Source of the DNA: Octopus vulgaris | Taxonomy: Eukaryota | Assembly: GCA_951406725.2 (NCBI GenBank) | Contig: OX597816.1 | Span: 47,492,001 to 47,556,000, forward strand | Reading direction: 5' to 3' | DNA length: 64,000 bases | Part shown: one piece after another, positions 12,493 through 25,498 of the stretch | How the letters are laid out: each line of letters begins with the position of its first letter | Numbering within the stretch: position 1 is the first letter of the stretch | Made by a program: the position numbers and the translations under genes | Notes under the pieces: model-generated | The model's database searches: none | What the model saw: the letters and a program-made list of their open reading frames with translations, nothing else | Told to the model about the DNA's origin: nothing

Positions 12493-13483
12493 CATATTTA
12501 GATATATAAATATAGGTATACATCAAATAGATAGATAAATAGATTGATAGTTAGATATATACATTGATGTATACACACACACAGACACAGACACACACTC
12601 ACACACACGTACACCCACACACAATCATATACAAATTTGTATAATGTTATTTAAATTGCTTGACATTTAAAACTCAATGTACATCCTTATGCGCTGAAAG
12701 AGAAAACAGTAAAAGAGAAGCTGTGTTTTATAGTCCAAATTTCTTTTCACTGGTTTCTATTGTTACAAAGATGACAGAGTACATATAGGAAAAAAAACAA
12801 AACTGGAGCATTAGTTCATAATTAAATATTTTATGAACCAACCCTCCAGCTTCATTTTTTCTTTTTCTTTTGCATACGTAAATACATTTATATTCATACA
12901 TACATACATACATACATACATACATACATGCATACATACATACATACATACATGCATACATGCATACATACGCATGTACTTACATACTTACATGCAAACG
13001 TACATGCATACATACTTACATACATACGTACATGCATACATACATACACGGTTTTATAAATATATAGGTATACACACATATATATATATATGGTACCTGC
13101 ACACAAACATACATACATGTATATATGTATACATACATACATACACACATGCACATATACATACACAAGTATGTGTATATGTATACACACTCAAGAACAC
13201 ACACATATATACAGACACACAATCGTACAGACATACACACACACACACAGACAGAGACACAGACACAGACACACACACACACACACACACACAGAGGCTG
13301 ACAGAAGCAGCAAGCTGAGACCAAAGTCGCTGCTAATTTTTTCCTTGTAAAAGTTTAATTAGCTTGTACTCTACTAAAAATATTTCTATATATTAGTGTA
13401 CGCATCTTTCAGCTTAATTTGGTTTTATATATGACTTGACATAAAAACAAGCATTAATATATCTATCTATAGACTTGCATACA

Positions 13484-14132
13484 GAGACGCAGGAGTGGCT
13501 GTGTGATAAGTAGCTTGCTAACCAACCACATGGTTCCGGGTTCAGTCCTACTGCATGGCACCTTGGGCAAGTGTCCTCCACTATAGCCTTGGAACGACCA
13601 AAGCCTTGTGAGTGGATTTGGTAGACAGAAACTGAAAGAAGCCTAAGGCGGCGAGCTGGCAGAAACGTTAGCATGCAGGGCGAAAAGCATAGTGGTATTT
13701 CGTCTGCCACTATGTTTTGAGTTCAAATTCTGCGGAGGTCGACTTTGTCTTTCATCCTTTTGGGGTCGATTAAATAAGTACCAGTTATGCACTGGGGTCA
13801 ATATAATCGACTTGATCCATTTGTTTGTCCTTGTTTGTCCCCTCTGTGTGTAGCTCCTTGTGGGCAGCAAAGAAATAAGAAACTGAAAGAAGCCTGTCAT
13901 ATATATATATATATGTGTGTATATGTTTGTGTGCCTGAGTTTGTCCCCCCATCATCGCTTGACAACGGATGTTGGTGTGGTTACGTCCCTGTCACTTAGT
14001 GGTTTGGCAATAAGAGACCGATAGAACCAGTACTAGGCTTACAAAGAATAAGTCCTTGGGTTAATTTGTTCGACTAAAGATGGTGCTCCAGCATGGCCAC
14101 AGTCAAATGACTGAAACAAAATAATAAAAGAA
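13484..14132 (+). mobile_element. SINE family A interrupted by a family B copy
   Basis: A head to 13644, resumes after the duplicated target at 13878-13895. Confidence 0.85.
13645..13877 (+). mobile_element. SINE family B, full length with 18-bp TSD
   Basis: TSD AGAAACTGAAAGAAGCCT at 13627-13644 and 13878-13895; head AAGGCGGCGAGCTGGCAGAA, tail TTGTCCCCTCTGTG..AAAGAAATA. Confidence 0.9.
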
Positions 14133-14179
14133 TACATGCATATATAGATATATACATACATATATATATATATATATTC

Positions 14180-14418
14180 GTGCCGGTGGCACCAACTGTT
14201 CTGGCCGTTGCCAGCTTCCCCTGGCACCTGTGCCAGTGGCACATAAAAAGCCCTCACTACACTCACGGAGTGGTTGGTGTTAGGAAGGACATCTAGCTGA
14301 CACTGCCAGATCAGATTGGAGCCTGGTTCAGCCTCCTGGCTTCCCAGACCCCGGTTGAACCATCCAACCCATGCTATCATGGAAAACGGATGTTAAATGA
14401 CGATGATAATGATGATGA

Positions 14419-14420
<2 letters not shown>
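14180..14420 (+). mobile_element. Family C retroposon, 5'-truncated
   Basis: GTGCCGGTGGCAC units, conserved 3' end and (GAT)n tail. Confidence 0.75.
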
Positions 14421-14459
<39 letters not shown>

Positions 14460-14924
14460 GACACACACACATATATATCTGCATACACACACATATAGAT
14501 ACACAGACACTCAAACACACACACACATGCACACACACGTATAATAGTAGTGAACATTGAAAATGAGAAGTGAACACTACCTTAGTAGATAAAAGTTTTT
14601 TATATTATTAGACTTTGTGTCTAACCTTAAGTTTCATGCACTGGATCTTGCAATTTTCAAATGCTCCATTTCAAAAATGGTGGTTAAACCATTTCAACTT
14701 TGGATTTGGCTATGTGTGATTCTGAAAGACTTCAATTGTTATTAAGTGGCATAACTTTGGAACAAAAAATCTTAATTTGAAAAGAGATAAGAGTATTCAG
14801 TCTTAAATGCCATATGAACTATCTTCCCATCCAAATCCATGCCAGCATGGAGAAAAAAAACTGAGAAAAATAATGGAAGGAGATGCATGTTAAAGAAGCA
14901 AATGAACAGATATGGTAGGTGTTA

Positions 14925-15400
14925 TGAAGTAGTTGATAGTTTTTGTTATCTAAGTAATCTAAAGTGTAGTGGAGGTTGTTCTGAATTCATAGCAGCCAGG
15001 GTAAGAAGCAAGTGGAAATGCTTCAGAGAAATAATACCTCTGCTGGTACCAAAAGCATTCTCTCTTCAAGTGAATGGTACATTGTATGATGCTTGTATGT
15101 ATAGTGGGCGTTTGATGTAGAGCATGTATGAAGGCTGGAAATAAATAAAGTGAACAGCCTCTGTTGGACGTGTAATATTATTGTGAATGGAATGATGGAA
15201 AACAAATGGGCCGAGACAAAGAATTAGATATAGTGTGTAATAGAGAAGACTGTGCTGGTATAGACATGATGCTTATAATGATGAGAAATGGATAAATAAT
15301 TGCCAAGTAGTCCAAATGGAAGGAGCTAGTGAAAAAGAAAGACATGAGAAGCGATGGAGGCTCATCAAGAAGAGTAAACCTCATTATGGAGATAATGGAG
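14925..15400 (+). mobile_element. RTE-clade LINE RT fragment, heavily decayed
   Basis: EVVDSFCYL..GGCSEFIAARVRSKWKCFREIIPLL..LYDACM, homologous to 25498-25880. Confidence 0.8.
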
Positions 15401-15613
15401 AAGTGGCAAGACTCTATGTTGGAGGAGAGTTTTCCAACCCAAATAAGTATCAAAAAGTGGATGTAAATGAAGACAATGATGATACATATTTGTGCATGTG
15501 CACACAGGCAAATCCATCCATCCATCCATCCATCCATCCATCCATCCATCCATACACACATACATGCATGTATACATATATGCAGGCATGCATACATACA
15601 TACATACATACAT

Positions 15614-15850
15614 ACTCTTGTACTCTCTTTACTCTTTTACTTGTTTCAGTCATTTGACTGTGGCCATGCTGGAGCACCGCCATTAGTCGAGCAAACTGAC
15701 CCCAGGGCATATTCTTTGTAAGCCTAGTACTTATTCTATCGGTCTCTTTTGCCAAACCACTAAGTTACGGGGACGTAAACACACCATCATCGGTTGTCAA
15801 GCAATGTTGGGGGGGGACAAACATAGATACACAAACATATACACACACAC

Positions 15851-15897
<47 letters not shown>

Positions 15898-16059
15898 TAT
15901 ATACGACAAACTTCTTTCAGTTTCCGTCTACCAAATCCACTCACAAGGCTTTGGTTGGCCCGGGGCTATAGAAGAAGACACTTGCCTAAGGTACCATGCA
16001 GTGGGACTGAACCCGGAACTATGTGGCTGGTAAGCAAGCTACTTACCACACAGCCACTC
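15614..16059 (-). mobile_element. SINE family A, full length
   Basis: Reverse complement of the family A consensus. Confidence 0.85.
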
Positions 16060-16380
16060 ATCATCATAGGTGTATTAGGCTAAGTACTTAAAAAAAAATT
16101 TACCTGAAAACCTAGAAATACTATGTTTCTCAAAGAATTAGCAAAAGAAACTGATGTGGATTCTCCACATCCAATCTATTAGTGTCACAGTGAAGATTTG
16201 TAAAACATTCCAAAGAATATCCGTCTGGGATCCTTTAGATAAATAGATGCACACACATCGGTGTGTGCACCGATAGCTCAACCAACTTACAAACTTAACC
16301 ACATATTTACAAATACTGGGAGCTCTCTTAACTCATTAAATTTTGTCCCTTTTGTTAGTGACTGGCTTGAGCTCTCTTAA

Positions 16381-16601
16381 CCCTTTTGTTACCAACCTGG
16401 CTGAAACCAGCTCTGGCTCTGAGTACAAATGTCTTGTTTTCGTAAGTTTTGAATTAAAATCTTCCACCAAATCTTAGTCACAATTTATGTTCTTAACACT
16501 AGCTGAATGATAACTAAGTTATTTTACTAAATTCTTTGCTATATTTAAAGTAATTGAAAGAAACACAGAGCATCTCAAAATAAAATACAGTAACGAAAGG
16601 G
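16381..16601. mobile_element. piggyBac-type MITE
   Basis: TTAA TSDs (16377-16380, 16602-16605), TIRs CCCTTTTGTTAC / GTAACGAAAGGG; second copy at 59686-59887. Confidence 0.88.
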
Positions 16602-16654
16602 TTAAGAAGAACTGAAATAAAACATTTACATGGATAAATACATACATACATACA

Positions 16655-17110
16655 AGGTGGCTGCCCCCTTGTTATCGAGTATGGCCATTGCACGAAGCTT
16701 AATCAATGTTGTTATCGTGCAATGCCTGTGCAAGAAGATTTTTTTTAAAGTGAGGAAAGGCTGTGCACTGAGTCAATCCCACTCACTAAGCAACAGCAGC
16801 CATAATCCGAAAAGAAGAACAAGTCAACATCATCGGTAACCACTGAGCCGCAGGTTTTATGTCGGAGTTATCCCAGTTACCTGAGTTACCTTCTCCTAGA
16901 AGGATGCCCTAACAAAGGCTAGGAGTCCTTCACCCCCAATGGTTTAACCGCGCGATCAGGTATTTAGTCCGATTATTTCTATGTCCCCGCGCATGATACA
17001 TCTTTAAGACATTTATTGGATGGCTGCTGACTCTCAAGAGTTCCTCCGCCCTTTGATGGGTTTTGTTTTTCATCCCGCAGGGTGTCCAATAAACACCCTC
17101 CTCACCAAGC
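16655..17110 (-). mobile_element. Non-coding retroposon-like repeat inside a (CATA)n tract
   Basis: About 300 bp closely matching 36690-37005 in inverted orientation; GGCATCCTTCTAGGAGAAGGTAACTC resembles RTE-type 5' UTRs. Confidence 0.65.
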
Positions 17111-17171
17111 ATACATACATACACACACACATACACACGTATATACATACATACATACATACATACATACA

Positions 17172-17202
<31 letters not shown>

Positions 17203-18047
17203 CACGATATCTTGGACTACAAAAATCAGCAAGACCATTTTCAAGATTTAAAGGATGATGGACAAAACAAAATGCTTTCCTTCATAACCTTGCAACTAAG
17301 CAGGTACCTGGTCAAAATTTATTCCAAAATAAAAGGAGAAAAAGAATATACATACATGTGTGAGTGTGTGTGTTGAGCGTGTGTCTTTGCATGTGTGTGA
17401 GTGTGTGTGTGTGAGTGTGTGTGTGCATGTGTGTGCACTTGTGTATGTATCTGTATGTATAAGAATGCTAATGTTTTACGTGAAAAACCAGGCAAATGCT
17501 GGAGACAAGGCCATCTAGTAGTAAGACGATAGCTTAAAGAAGCCTCCATCCAACCCATACTAGCACAGCAAAATAGATGTTAAATTAACAAACAATCAAG
17601 TAAACGAAACGAATGATGAACATCTGTGCCTCATTCTGTTTTTGTAATTAAACAGATTTGTTATCATCACGATTATTGAAAAGCATTGTACTAAGTTTTT
17701 TTTCCAGCTTAAAGAACTGTTTCAACTATAGTTATCATTCATCTCAGACTGGATATTATTCTTTCTTGAGATATCAATTCTCTTTTGTTAGCAAAATCTT
17801 GACACATGTGTAAATCCCTTGGGCATTTTCTTTTATATGATTTTGTCTGAATTCGTTTTCTTGTTTTCTTCTTTGTTCTCCAGCTTAAACATGTTCTGAT
17901 TTTCAAGTACTGTGTTGACAAATTAATATACACACTTCAGGCTAGAATCTTCTACTATATAGCCCAGAGTTGACCAATACTTTGTGAAGGAACTGACCAA
18001 CACTTTCTGAATTTGGTAGAAGGAAACTGTGCAAAAGCTCACCATGA

Positions 18048-18091
<44 letters not shown>

Positions 18092-18139
18092 ATCTGGGTT
18101 TTACAACATAAAAACTGATATTGTTCACGTGTTTTTGTG

Positions 18140-18462
18140 AAGGCGCGTGGCTTAGTGGTTAGGGCATTCAGTTCATGATCGTAAGGTCGTGAGTTCGATT
18201 CTCAGCGATGTGTTGTGTCCTTGAGCAAGACACTTTATTTCACGTTGCTCCAGTCCACTCAGCTGGCAAAAATGAGTAGTAACTGTCTTTCAAAAAGGGC
18301 CAGCCTTGTCATGCTCTGTGTCACGCTGAATCTCCCTGAGAACTACATTAGTGGTACACGTGTCTGTGGATTGCTCAGTCACTTGCATGTTAATTTCATG
18401 AGCAGGCTGTTCCGTTGATCGTATCAGATGGGACCCTCGTCGTCGTAATCGACGGAGTGCTC
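18140..18462 (+). mobile_element. SINE family D
   Basis: GGCGCGTGGCTTAGTGGTTAG, GAGTTCGATTC, GTGTCCTTGAGCAAGACACTTTATT. Confidence 0.8.
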
Positions 18463-18842
18463 CTATCACTTGTTTTACTTTATGTATCCCATAACTTTCT
18501 GATTCAATAAACAGAAATCAATGAAATAAATGCTAAATGGAAATAAGGAGTGGGAGCAATATTATCATTGACTAAAGCCCTGAAAGTGATATCCAAGTTT
18601 GAAATGAGTAAAAAAGGTAAAAGAGAACAGAGAAAGAGAGAGAAAGAGTAGGTAAAAAAAAATAGTTTGTTATAAGATGTAAAAACAAGTATAAATCAGA
18701 CAAGAAAGAAATGGCATCATTAAGATTATTATTATTGTTTTCCTTTTGGTAGTAAAACAACCACCGGGGTTTAAATACCCTAATACAACTTAAAAAAGGG
18801 AGTTAAATGGGAGCAAATTGTTACAGCATCAGAACAAATGTC

Positions 18843-19253
18843 CTCTTTTACTCTTTTCTTATTTGTTTTAGTCATTTGACTGTGGCCATGCTGGAGCACC
18901 GCCTTTAGTCAAGCAAATCGACCCCAGGACTTATTCTTTGGAAGCCTAGTACTTATTCTATCAGTCTCTTTTGCCAAACTGCTAAGTTATGGGGACTTAA
19001 ACACACCAGCATCAGTTGTCAAGGGATGCTGGGGGGGGGGACAAACACAGACGCACAAACATATACACACACATACACATATACATATATACGACGGGCT
19101 GCTTTCAGTTTCTGTCAACCAAATCCACTCACAAGGCTTTGGTCAGCCCGAGACTATAGTATAAGACACTTGCCCAAGGTGCCATGCAGTGGGAATGAAC
19201 CTGGAGCCATGTGGTTGGTAAGCAAGCTACTTACCACACAGCCACTTCTGTGC
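18843..19253 (-). mobile_element. SINE family A, full length
   Basis: Reverse complement of the consensus; interrupts the first unit of a local ~140-bp duplication. Confidence 0.85.
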
Positions 19254-19522
19254 CTTTCATAATTTTCCTGGCTCATTACTTTATTTTTCTTTTGTAGTAA
19301 AACAACTAATGGTGGTTCAAAGAACCTAATATAACATTAAAAAAAAGGAATTTAATTAGGAGCTAATTGTTACAATGTCAGAACAAATGTCCTTCATAAT
19401 TTCTTTTCTGGCTCTTTACTATATGACTTTCAATACCATTGAGATCAATTTTGCTTCTGCTGATCCCTTCATACATAGTAACATTCAGTGGCTTATGTTT
19501 ACCTCATTTCTTTTCAATCTTT

Positions 19523-20004
19523 AAGGTGGCGAGCTAGCAGAATCGTTAGCACGTTGAGTGAAATGCTTAGTGGTATTTCGTCTGCCGCTACGTTATGAGT
19601 TCAAATTCCGCTGAGGTCGACTATGCCTTTCATCCTTTTGGGGTCGATTAAATAAGTACCTATTTCTTTACTACACACAAGGGGCTAAACACAGAGAAGA
19701 CAAACAAGGACAGACAAATGGATTAAGTCGATTACATCAACCCCAGTGCGTAACTGGTACTTAATTCATTGACCCCGAAAGGATGAAAGGCAAAGTCGAC
19801 CTGGCAGAATTTGAACTCAGAACGTAATGGCGGACGAAATATGGCTACACATTTCGCTGGGCGTGCCAACGTTTCTGCCAGCTCGCTGGGGTCAATTAAA
19901 TAAGTACCGGTTACGCACTGGGTCGATGTAATCGACTTCATCCCTTCGTCTGTCCTTGTTTGTTCCCTCTATGTTTAGTCCCCCTATGGACAATAAAGAA
20001 ATAA
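19523..20004. mobile_element. SINE family B with an inverted family B copy nested inside
   Basis: Plus-strand head to 19660, minus-strand copy 19661-19886, plus strand resumes with duplicated GGGGTC(G/A)ATTAAATAAGTACC. Confidence 0.8.
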
Positions 20005-20129
20005 ACCTTTATACACTCTCTGCATTTAGTGCCAATCATGCACATCAAAGTATGTATACAAGCATAGTACAACCTACCCATCACTCAGAGAGGGAATCCT
20101 CTTGATGTTAGCAGAGGTAATAGCTCCCA

Positions 20130-20443
20130 GAAATGGTATGTAAAAAGCACCATCCAACCATGGCCGTTGCCAGCGCGGCCCCGACTGGCCTCCATGCCGG
20201 TGGCATGTAAAAAGCACCATCCGTCCGTGGCTGTTTGCCAGCCCCGTCTGGCGCCTGTGCCGGTGGCACGTAAAAAGCACCCACTACACTAACAGAGTGG
20301 TTGGAGTTAGGAAGGGCATCCAGCCGTAGAAACTTTGCCAGATCAGACTGGGCCTGGTGCAGCCTTCTGGCTTCCCAGACCCTTGTTGAACCGTTCAACC
20401 CATGCTAGTATGGAAAGCGGACGCTAAATGATGATGATGATGA
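20130..20443 (+). mobile_element. Family C retroposon
   Basis: Three AAAAAGCACC units, conserved 3' end, (GAT)n tail. Confidence 0.8.
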
Positions 20444-20501
20444 TTCTAATTCTGGCCATTATGTTACCAATACACCATTACCTATCGCTGATTAAGTCAT
20501 C

Positions 20502-21037
20502 GGCCATCTTTCGTTTTGAGTAGACAACTGTCAACAATCTTGTTTGGCAGTTTCCGTGAGCATGTGTTGTTTTGTCAACTGTATGCTTGCTCTGTTTGAT
20601 GCGTTGAAGTGGAAGATGAAGCTAATGGGTTGTACGTCTGTCTGTGCATGCTTGTTCTTGTGTGTGTGTGTGCGTGTGCATGCTTGCTTGTTTTGTATGT
20701 GTATGTGTATGTGTCTGTGTGTGCATGTGTGTGCTTGTTCTTGTGTGTGTACGAGTACGTGCTTGTTCTTGTGTGTGTGTGTGTGTGTGCAAGTATGTGC
20801 TTTTCCTTGTGTGTGCGTGTGTGTGTGTGTGCGTGCTTGTTATGTATGTGTATGTGTGTGTGTCTGTGTGTGTGTGTGCTTATTCTGTGTGTGTGTGTGT
20901 GTGTGTACGAGTACGTGCTTGTTCTTGTGTGTGTGTGTGTGTGCAAGTATGTGCTTTTCCTTGTGTGTGCGTGTGTGTGTGTGCGTGCTTGTTATGTATG
21001 TGTATGTGTGTGTGTCTGTGCATGTGTGTGCTTATTC

Positions 21038-21071
<34 letters not shown>

Positions 21072-22098
21072 AAGTATGTGCTTTTCCTTGTGTGTGCGTG
21101 TGTGTGTGTGTGCGTGCTTGTTATGTATGTGTATGTGTGTGTGTCTGTGCATGTGTGTGCTTATTCTTGTGTGTGTGTGTGTGTGTACGAGTACGTGCTT
21201 GTTCTTGTGTGTGTGTGTGTGTGTGCTTGTTCTTGTATGTGTGTGTGCTTGTTCTTTTGTGTGTGTGTGTATACATGCTTGTTCTTGTGTGTGTGTGTGT
21301 GTGTGCGTGTGCATGCTTGCTTGTTTTGTATGTGTATGTGTATGTGTCTGTGTGTGCATGTGTGTGCTTGTTCTTGTGTGTGTACGAGTACGTGCTTGTT
21401 CTTGTGTGTGTGTGTGTGTGTGCAAGTATGTGCTTTTCCTTGTGTGTGCGTGTGTGTGTGTGTGCGTGCTTGTTATGTATGTGTATGTGTGTGTGTCTGT
21501 GCATGTGTGTGCTTATTCTTGTGTGTGTGTGTGTGTGTGTACGAGTACGTGCTTGTTCTTGTGTGTGTGTGTGTGTGCAAGTATGTGCTTTTCCTTGTGT
21601 GTGCGTGTGTGTGTGTGTGCGTGCTTGTTATGTATGTGTATGTGTGTGTGTCTGTGCATGTGTGTGCTTATTCTTGTGTGTGTGTGTGTGTGTACGAGTA
21701 CGTGCTTGTTCTTGTGTGTGTGTGTGTGTGCTTGTTCTTGTATGTGTGTGTGCTTGTTCTTTTGTGTGTGTGTGTATACATGCTTGTTCTTGTGTGTGTG
21801 TGTGTGTGTGTGCATGTGTGTTTCTTCTGTTTTCATGTATTTATGTGTGTGGAATGTAGATATAATAAAAACAATGTCGCATTTTAAACTTGGAGAAAAA
21901 TGCCTTGCATATTTACTTTTTCTTTTACTTGTTTCAGTCATTTGACTGTGGCCATGCTGGGGCACTGCCTTTAGTCGAGCAAATTGACCCTAGGACTTAT
22001 TCTATTGGTCTCTTTTGCCAAACTGCAAAGTTACGGGGGATGTAAACACACCACCATCGGTTGTCAAGCGATGTTGGGGGACAAACACAGACACACAA

Positions 22099-22129
<31 letters not shown>

Positions 22130-22317
22130 TATATACAACAGGTTTCTTTCTGTTTCCGAGGCTATAGTAGAAGACACTTGCCCAAGGTGCCACACAGTGG
22201 GAATGAACCTGGAACCATGTGGTTTGTAAGCAAGCTACTTACCACACAGCCACTCCTGCACCATACCTGCTTCATATGTGTATGTAAAATCTGTAAACAA
22301 GCACACACAGACATGCA

Positions 22318-22351
<34 letters not shown>

Positions 22352-22365
22352 AGAACAAGCATGCT

Positions 22366-22418
<53 letters not shown>

Positions 22419-22606
22419 AAGAGCAAGCATGCATGCACACATACACACACGCAAGAAAAAGAACACACAGACGTACAACCCATTAGTTTCCTCTTCCACT
22501 TTGTTATGTCAAACAGAACAAACACGCAGCTGACAAGACAATACATGTTCACGGAAACTGCCCAACAAGATTGTTGACAGTTGTCTACTCAAAACGAAAG
22601 ATGGCC
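20502..22606. mobile_element. Foldback-type non-autonomous DNA transposon with long TIRs and internal compound minisatellite
   Basis: GGCCATCTTTCGTTTTGAGTAGACAACTGTCAACAATCTTG at 20502 is mirrored exactly at 22566-22606; about 140 bp unique TIR plus inverted TG/CA arrays; possible 8-bp TSD AAGTCATC / AAGTCGCC. Confidence 0.8.
21914..22263 (-). mobile_element. SINE family A nested in the foldback element
   Basis: Family A consensus with small internal deletions. Confidence 0.85.
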
Positions 22607-22975
22607 AAGTCGCCTAAATAACAGAAGTAATCAACTATTACAGAACCCTTTCAACATTGCAATGAGCTTACTTTACTGTATTGAGGGCTCAATACTGCTC
22701 TATTCCTACCATAAGCAAAGCCCCTATTCATGGCCAACCTCTATTCACTCACTACCAGTCATCAGATATGACACCTTCTTGTATAACTTCATTGTCAATA
22801 CTTGAATGGTGGATCTACAGGTTTCCTTGACTTCATATACTTAATACTCATTTTAACCATATATTTATCTACCTCAGTTGCTGGTAACCTCAACTGGGTA
22901 AATTTTGGGAAGATCCTCTTCTACACTTTTTCGCATTCAACAATATCTCAGAGCACGTGTATGTATATATCTATG

Positions 22976-23382
22976 CTCTTTTTTACTCTTTTACTTGTTT
23001 CAGTCATTTGACTGCGGCCATGCTGGAGCACCACCTTTAATCGAGCAACTCGACCCCGGGACTTATTCTTTGTAAGCCCAGTACTTATTCTATCGGTCCC
23101 TTTTGCCGAACCACTAAGTGACGGGGACAAAAACACACCAGCATCGGTTGTCAAGCAATGCTAGGGGGACAAACACAAACATACACGCACACACACATAT
23201 ACATATATATACATATATAAGACGGGCTTCTTTCAGTTTCCGTCTACCAAATCCACTCACAAGGCTTTGGTCGGCCTGAGGCTATAGTAGAAGACACTTG
23301 CCTAAGGTGCCACGCAGTGGGACTGAACCTGGTACCATGTGGCTGGTAAACAAGCTACATACCACACAGCCACTCCTGCACC
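22976..23382 (-). mobile_element. SINE family A, full length
   Basis: Reverse complement of the consensus. Confidence 0.85.
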
Positions 23383-23395
23383 ATATGTATGTATG

Positions 23396-23427
<32 letters not shown>

Positions 23428-23687
23428 CTTACATGTATGCAAATACATACACAGACACATGTACACACACACACATACGCACACACACACATCCGTGTGT
23501 ATCTGTGAGTGTGCATGTATAAATGTATGTGGGAGTATCTATCCATCCATCCATCTATCCATCTATGTATGTATGTATCTAGCTATCCATCCCCCCCCCT
23601 CCATCCATCCATCCATCTATCTATCTATCTGTCTGTCTGTCTATCTGTCTACCTGCCTGTCTGTCTGTGTGTCTGTGTGTGTGTCTG

Positions 23688-23738
<51 letters not shown>

Positions 23739-24059
23739 GTCTATCTATCTGTCTATCTATCTTTCTATCTATCTATTTGTATTATCAACATTATTTTAGA
23801 GCAAGTTTAAGAATAATGATTGTATATTTAACGACAGCGTGACTGAGTGCACATATTATAATTGTAAAAATTGGTTGTAAAAAGAATCAAGTTGACTGAG
23901 GCTTCAAGTTTTGTCTATTGCTTTGATCAACTGGTTGAACAAGCCAATAGGTGTAAGTCTATCAGCTTGGGCTTCACAAACAGTATATATTTAATCTTTT
24001 ATGTGTTGCAGCCCAGAGACACACATATATATATATATATATGTATGCATATGTGCATA

Positions 24060-24097
<38 letters not shown>

Positions 24098-24737
24098 TAA
24101 TCCAAACGTGAAAACACAAAAAGAAAACAGAACAACGAGAGGACGTGGAACAAATATAGTATTATTGGATGTGTGTGCATGTGTGTGGGTGTGTGTGCAT
24201 GTGTGTGGGTGTGTGTGCGTGTGTGTGGGTGTGTGTGGGTGTGTGTGGGTGTGTGTGCGTGTGTGTGGGTGTGTGTGCGTGTGTGTGTGTATATCATCAT
24301 CATCATTATCAGCTCTTTTGACATCCCTTTTCCATGCTATCATGGGGGTTGGGCAGTTTGACAGGAGCTGGCAAGCCAGAAGACGGCACCACCGGGCTTC
24401 AATCATCTAGTCATGATTTTTATGACCAGATGCCCTTCCTAACACCACCCACATTATAGAGTGGACTGAGTGCATTTTATGTGGCACCAGCATACATATA
24501 TGTGTATGTGTGCGTGCGTGTGCATGTGTGTTTGTGTGTGTGTCTGTGTGTGTGTATTATTTGCAAACAACTTACAGATAAAAGTACCCCCAGTTGAAAA
24601 CTCTGCATACTGGACCCAGGTTAACACCAGAGAATGTGTGCCATTTTGGTGCCTTCCTTTCGATGGCTACCTTCCTCACTGAAATGAGTTCTCCATCTAC
24701 TAGATCAACAACTTAAATAATAATAATAATAATAATA

Positions 24738-25284
24738 TGCAGTACCAGGCAGTGGCTCTCATGGCTTCTGATCTTAACTGATTGGAAGTGTTATCATGTA
24801 CATTGTTTTGTCTTGGTATAAAAGATGGGCTACAGCAAATATTCTGCTCAATACCACAGATTTGCTTGTCAGTTGTTTGACCATAACCAGTTGAGCATGT
24901 CCCTTAGTGGCTGACGATATGTGCATCTCTGATCATGAGCAGAAGTAGTGGGGGAGCATCATAGCCATGTGTTGATAAGAATACTTTGGGGTTTGAATAA
25001 TTCACCTCTGGAAACATGGGTGGTTCTTTCAACACCCTTAAACAACCCTTATTCAGGGACCTTTTGAGCGGAATGGGCTACTCGACCTGAAGAAAATTCT
25101 AACTGGGCCCCACCTGCAAGGTCATGTGCTGTTTATCTTGATATGAGATCACCATGTCGCGCACATATGGTTGTGATGCATGTGCCTGGTGTACCTTTAT
25201 CAGACAGGTAGTCATGATGGGTATATTGGGCTTCGTATATTTTACCCCAGTGTCACTTTGATGGCATGCACTGCTCTCTCACTC

Positions 25285-25285
<1 letters not shown>
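24738..25285 (+). mobile_element. Unclassified ~550-bp insertion inside a (TAA)n tract
   Basis: GC-richer block bounded by (TAA)n at 24716-24737 and 25286-25340; no convincing ORF. Confidence 0.45.
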
Positions 25286-25339
<54 letters not shown>

Positions 25340-25341
<2 letters not shown>

Positions 25342-25498
25342 TGTATACAGTGCTCAGGTGCACCACAACTTGTCAAAAGTGTGTATAAAGCATATGCAGT
25401 AATGTACAAATGTCTGGGAAGTGAACAGTGTATGAGTCAGATACATGCTTCCATGTGTATGGAGGAAAAAAAACCAGGTGTAATGTTGGCAAATCTCA
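25340..25498 (-). mobile_element. CR1/L2-like LINE 3' UTR fragment
   Basis: Reverse complement of 29205-29362. Confidence 0.7.

Noticed and set aside
18140-18215. tRNA gene
   Set aside because: A and B boxes are present but there is no acceptor stem or terminator, and it continues into a SINE body; the same applies to other SINE heads
20544-21945. Three overlapping ORFs over 400 aa rich in Cys/Val
   Set aside because: Translations of a TG-rich minisatellite that lacks stop codons; open in all plus-strand frames, no domain
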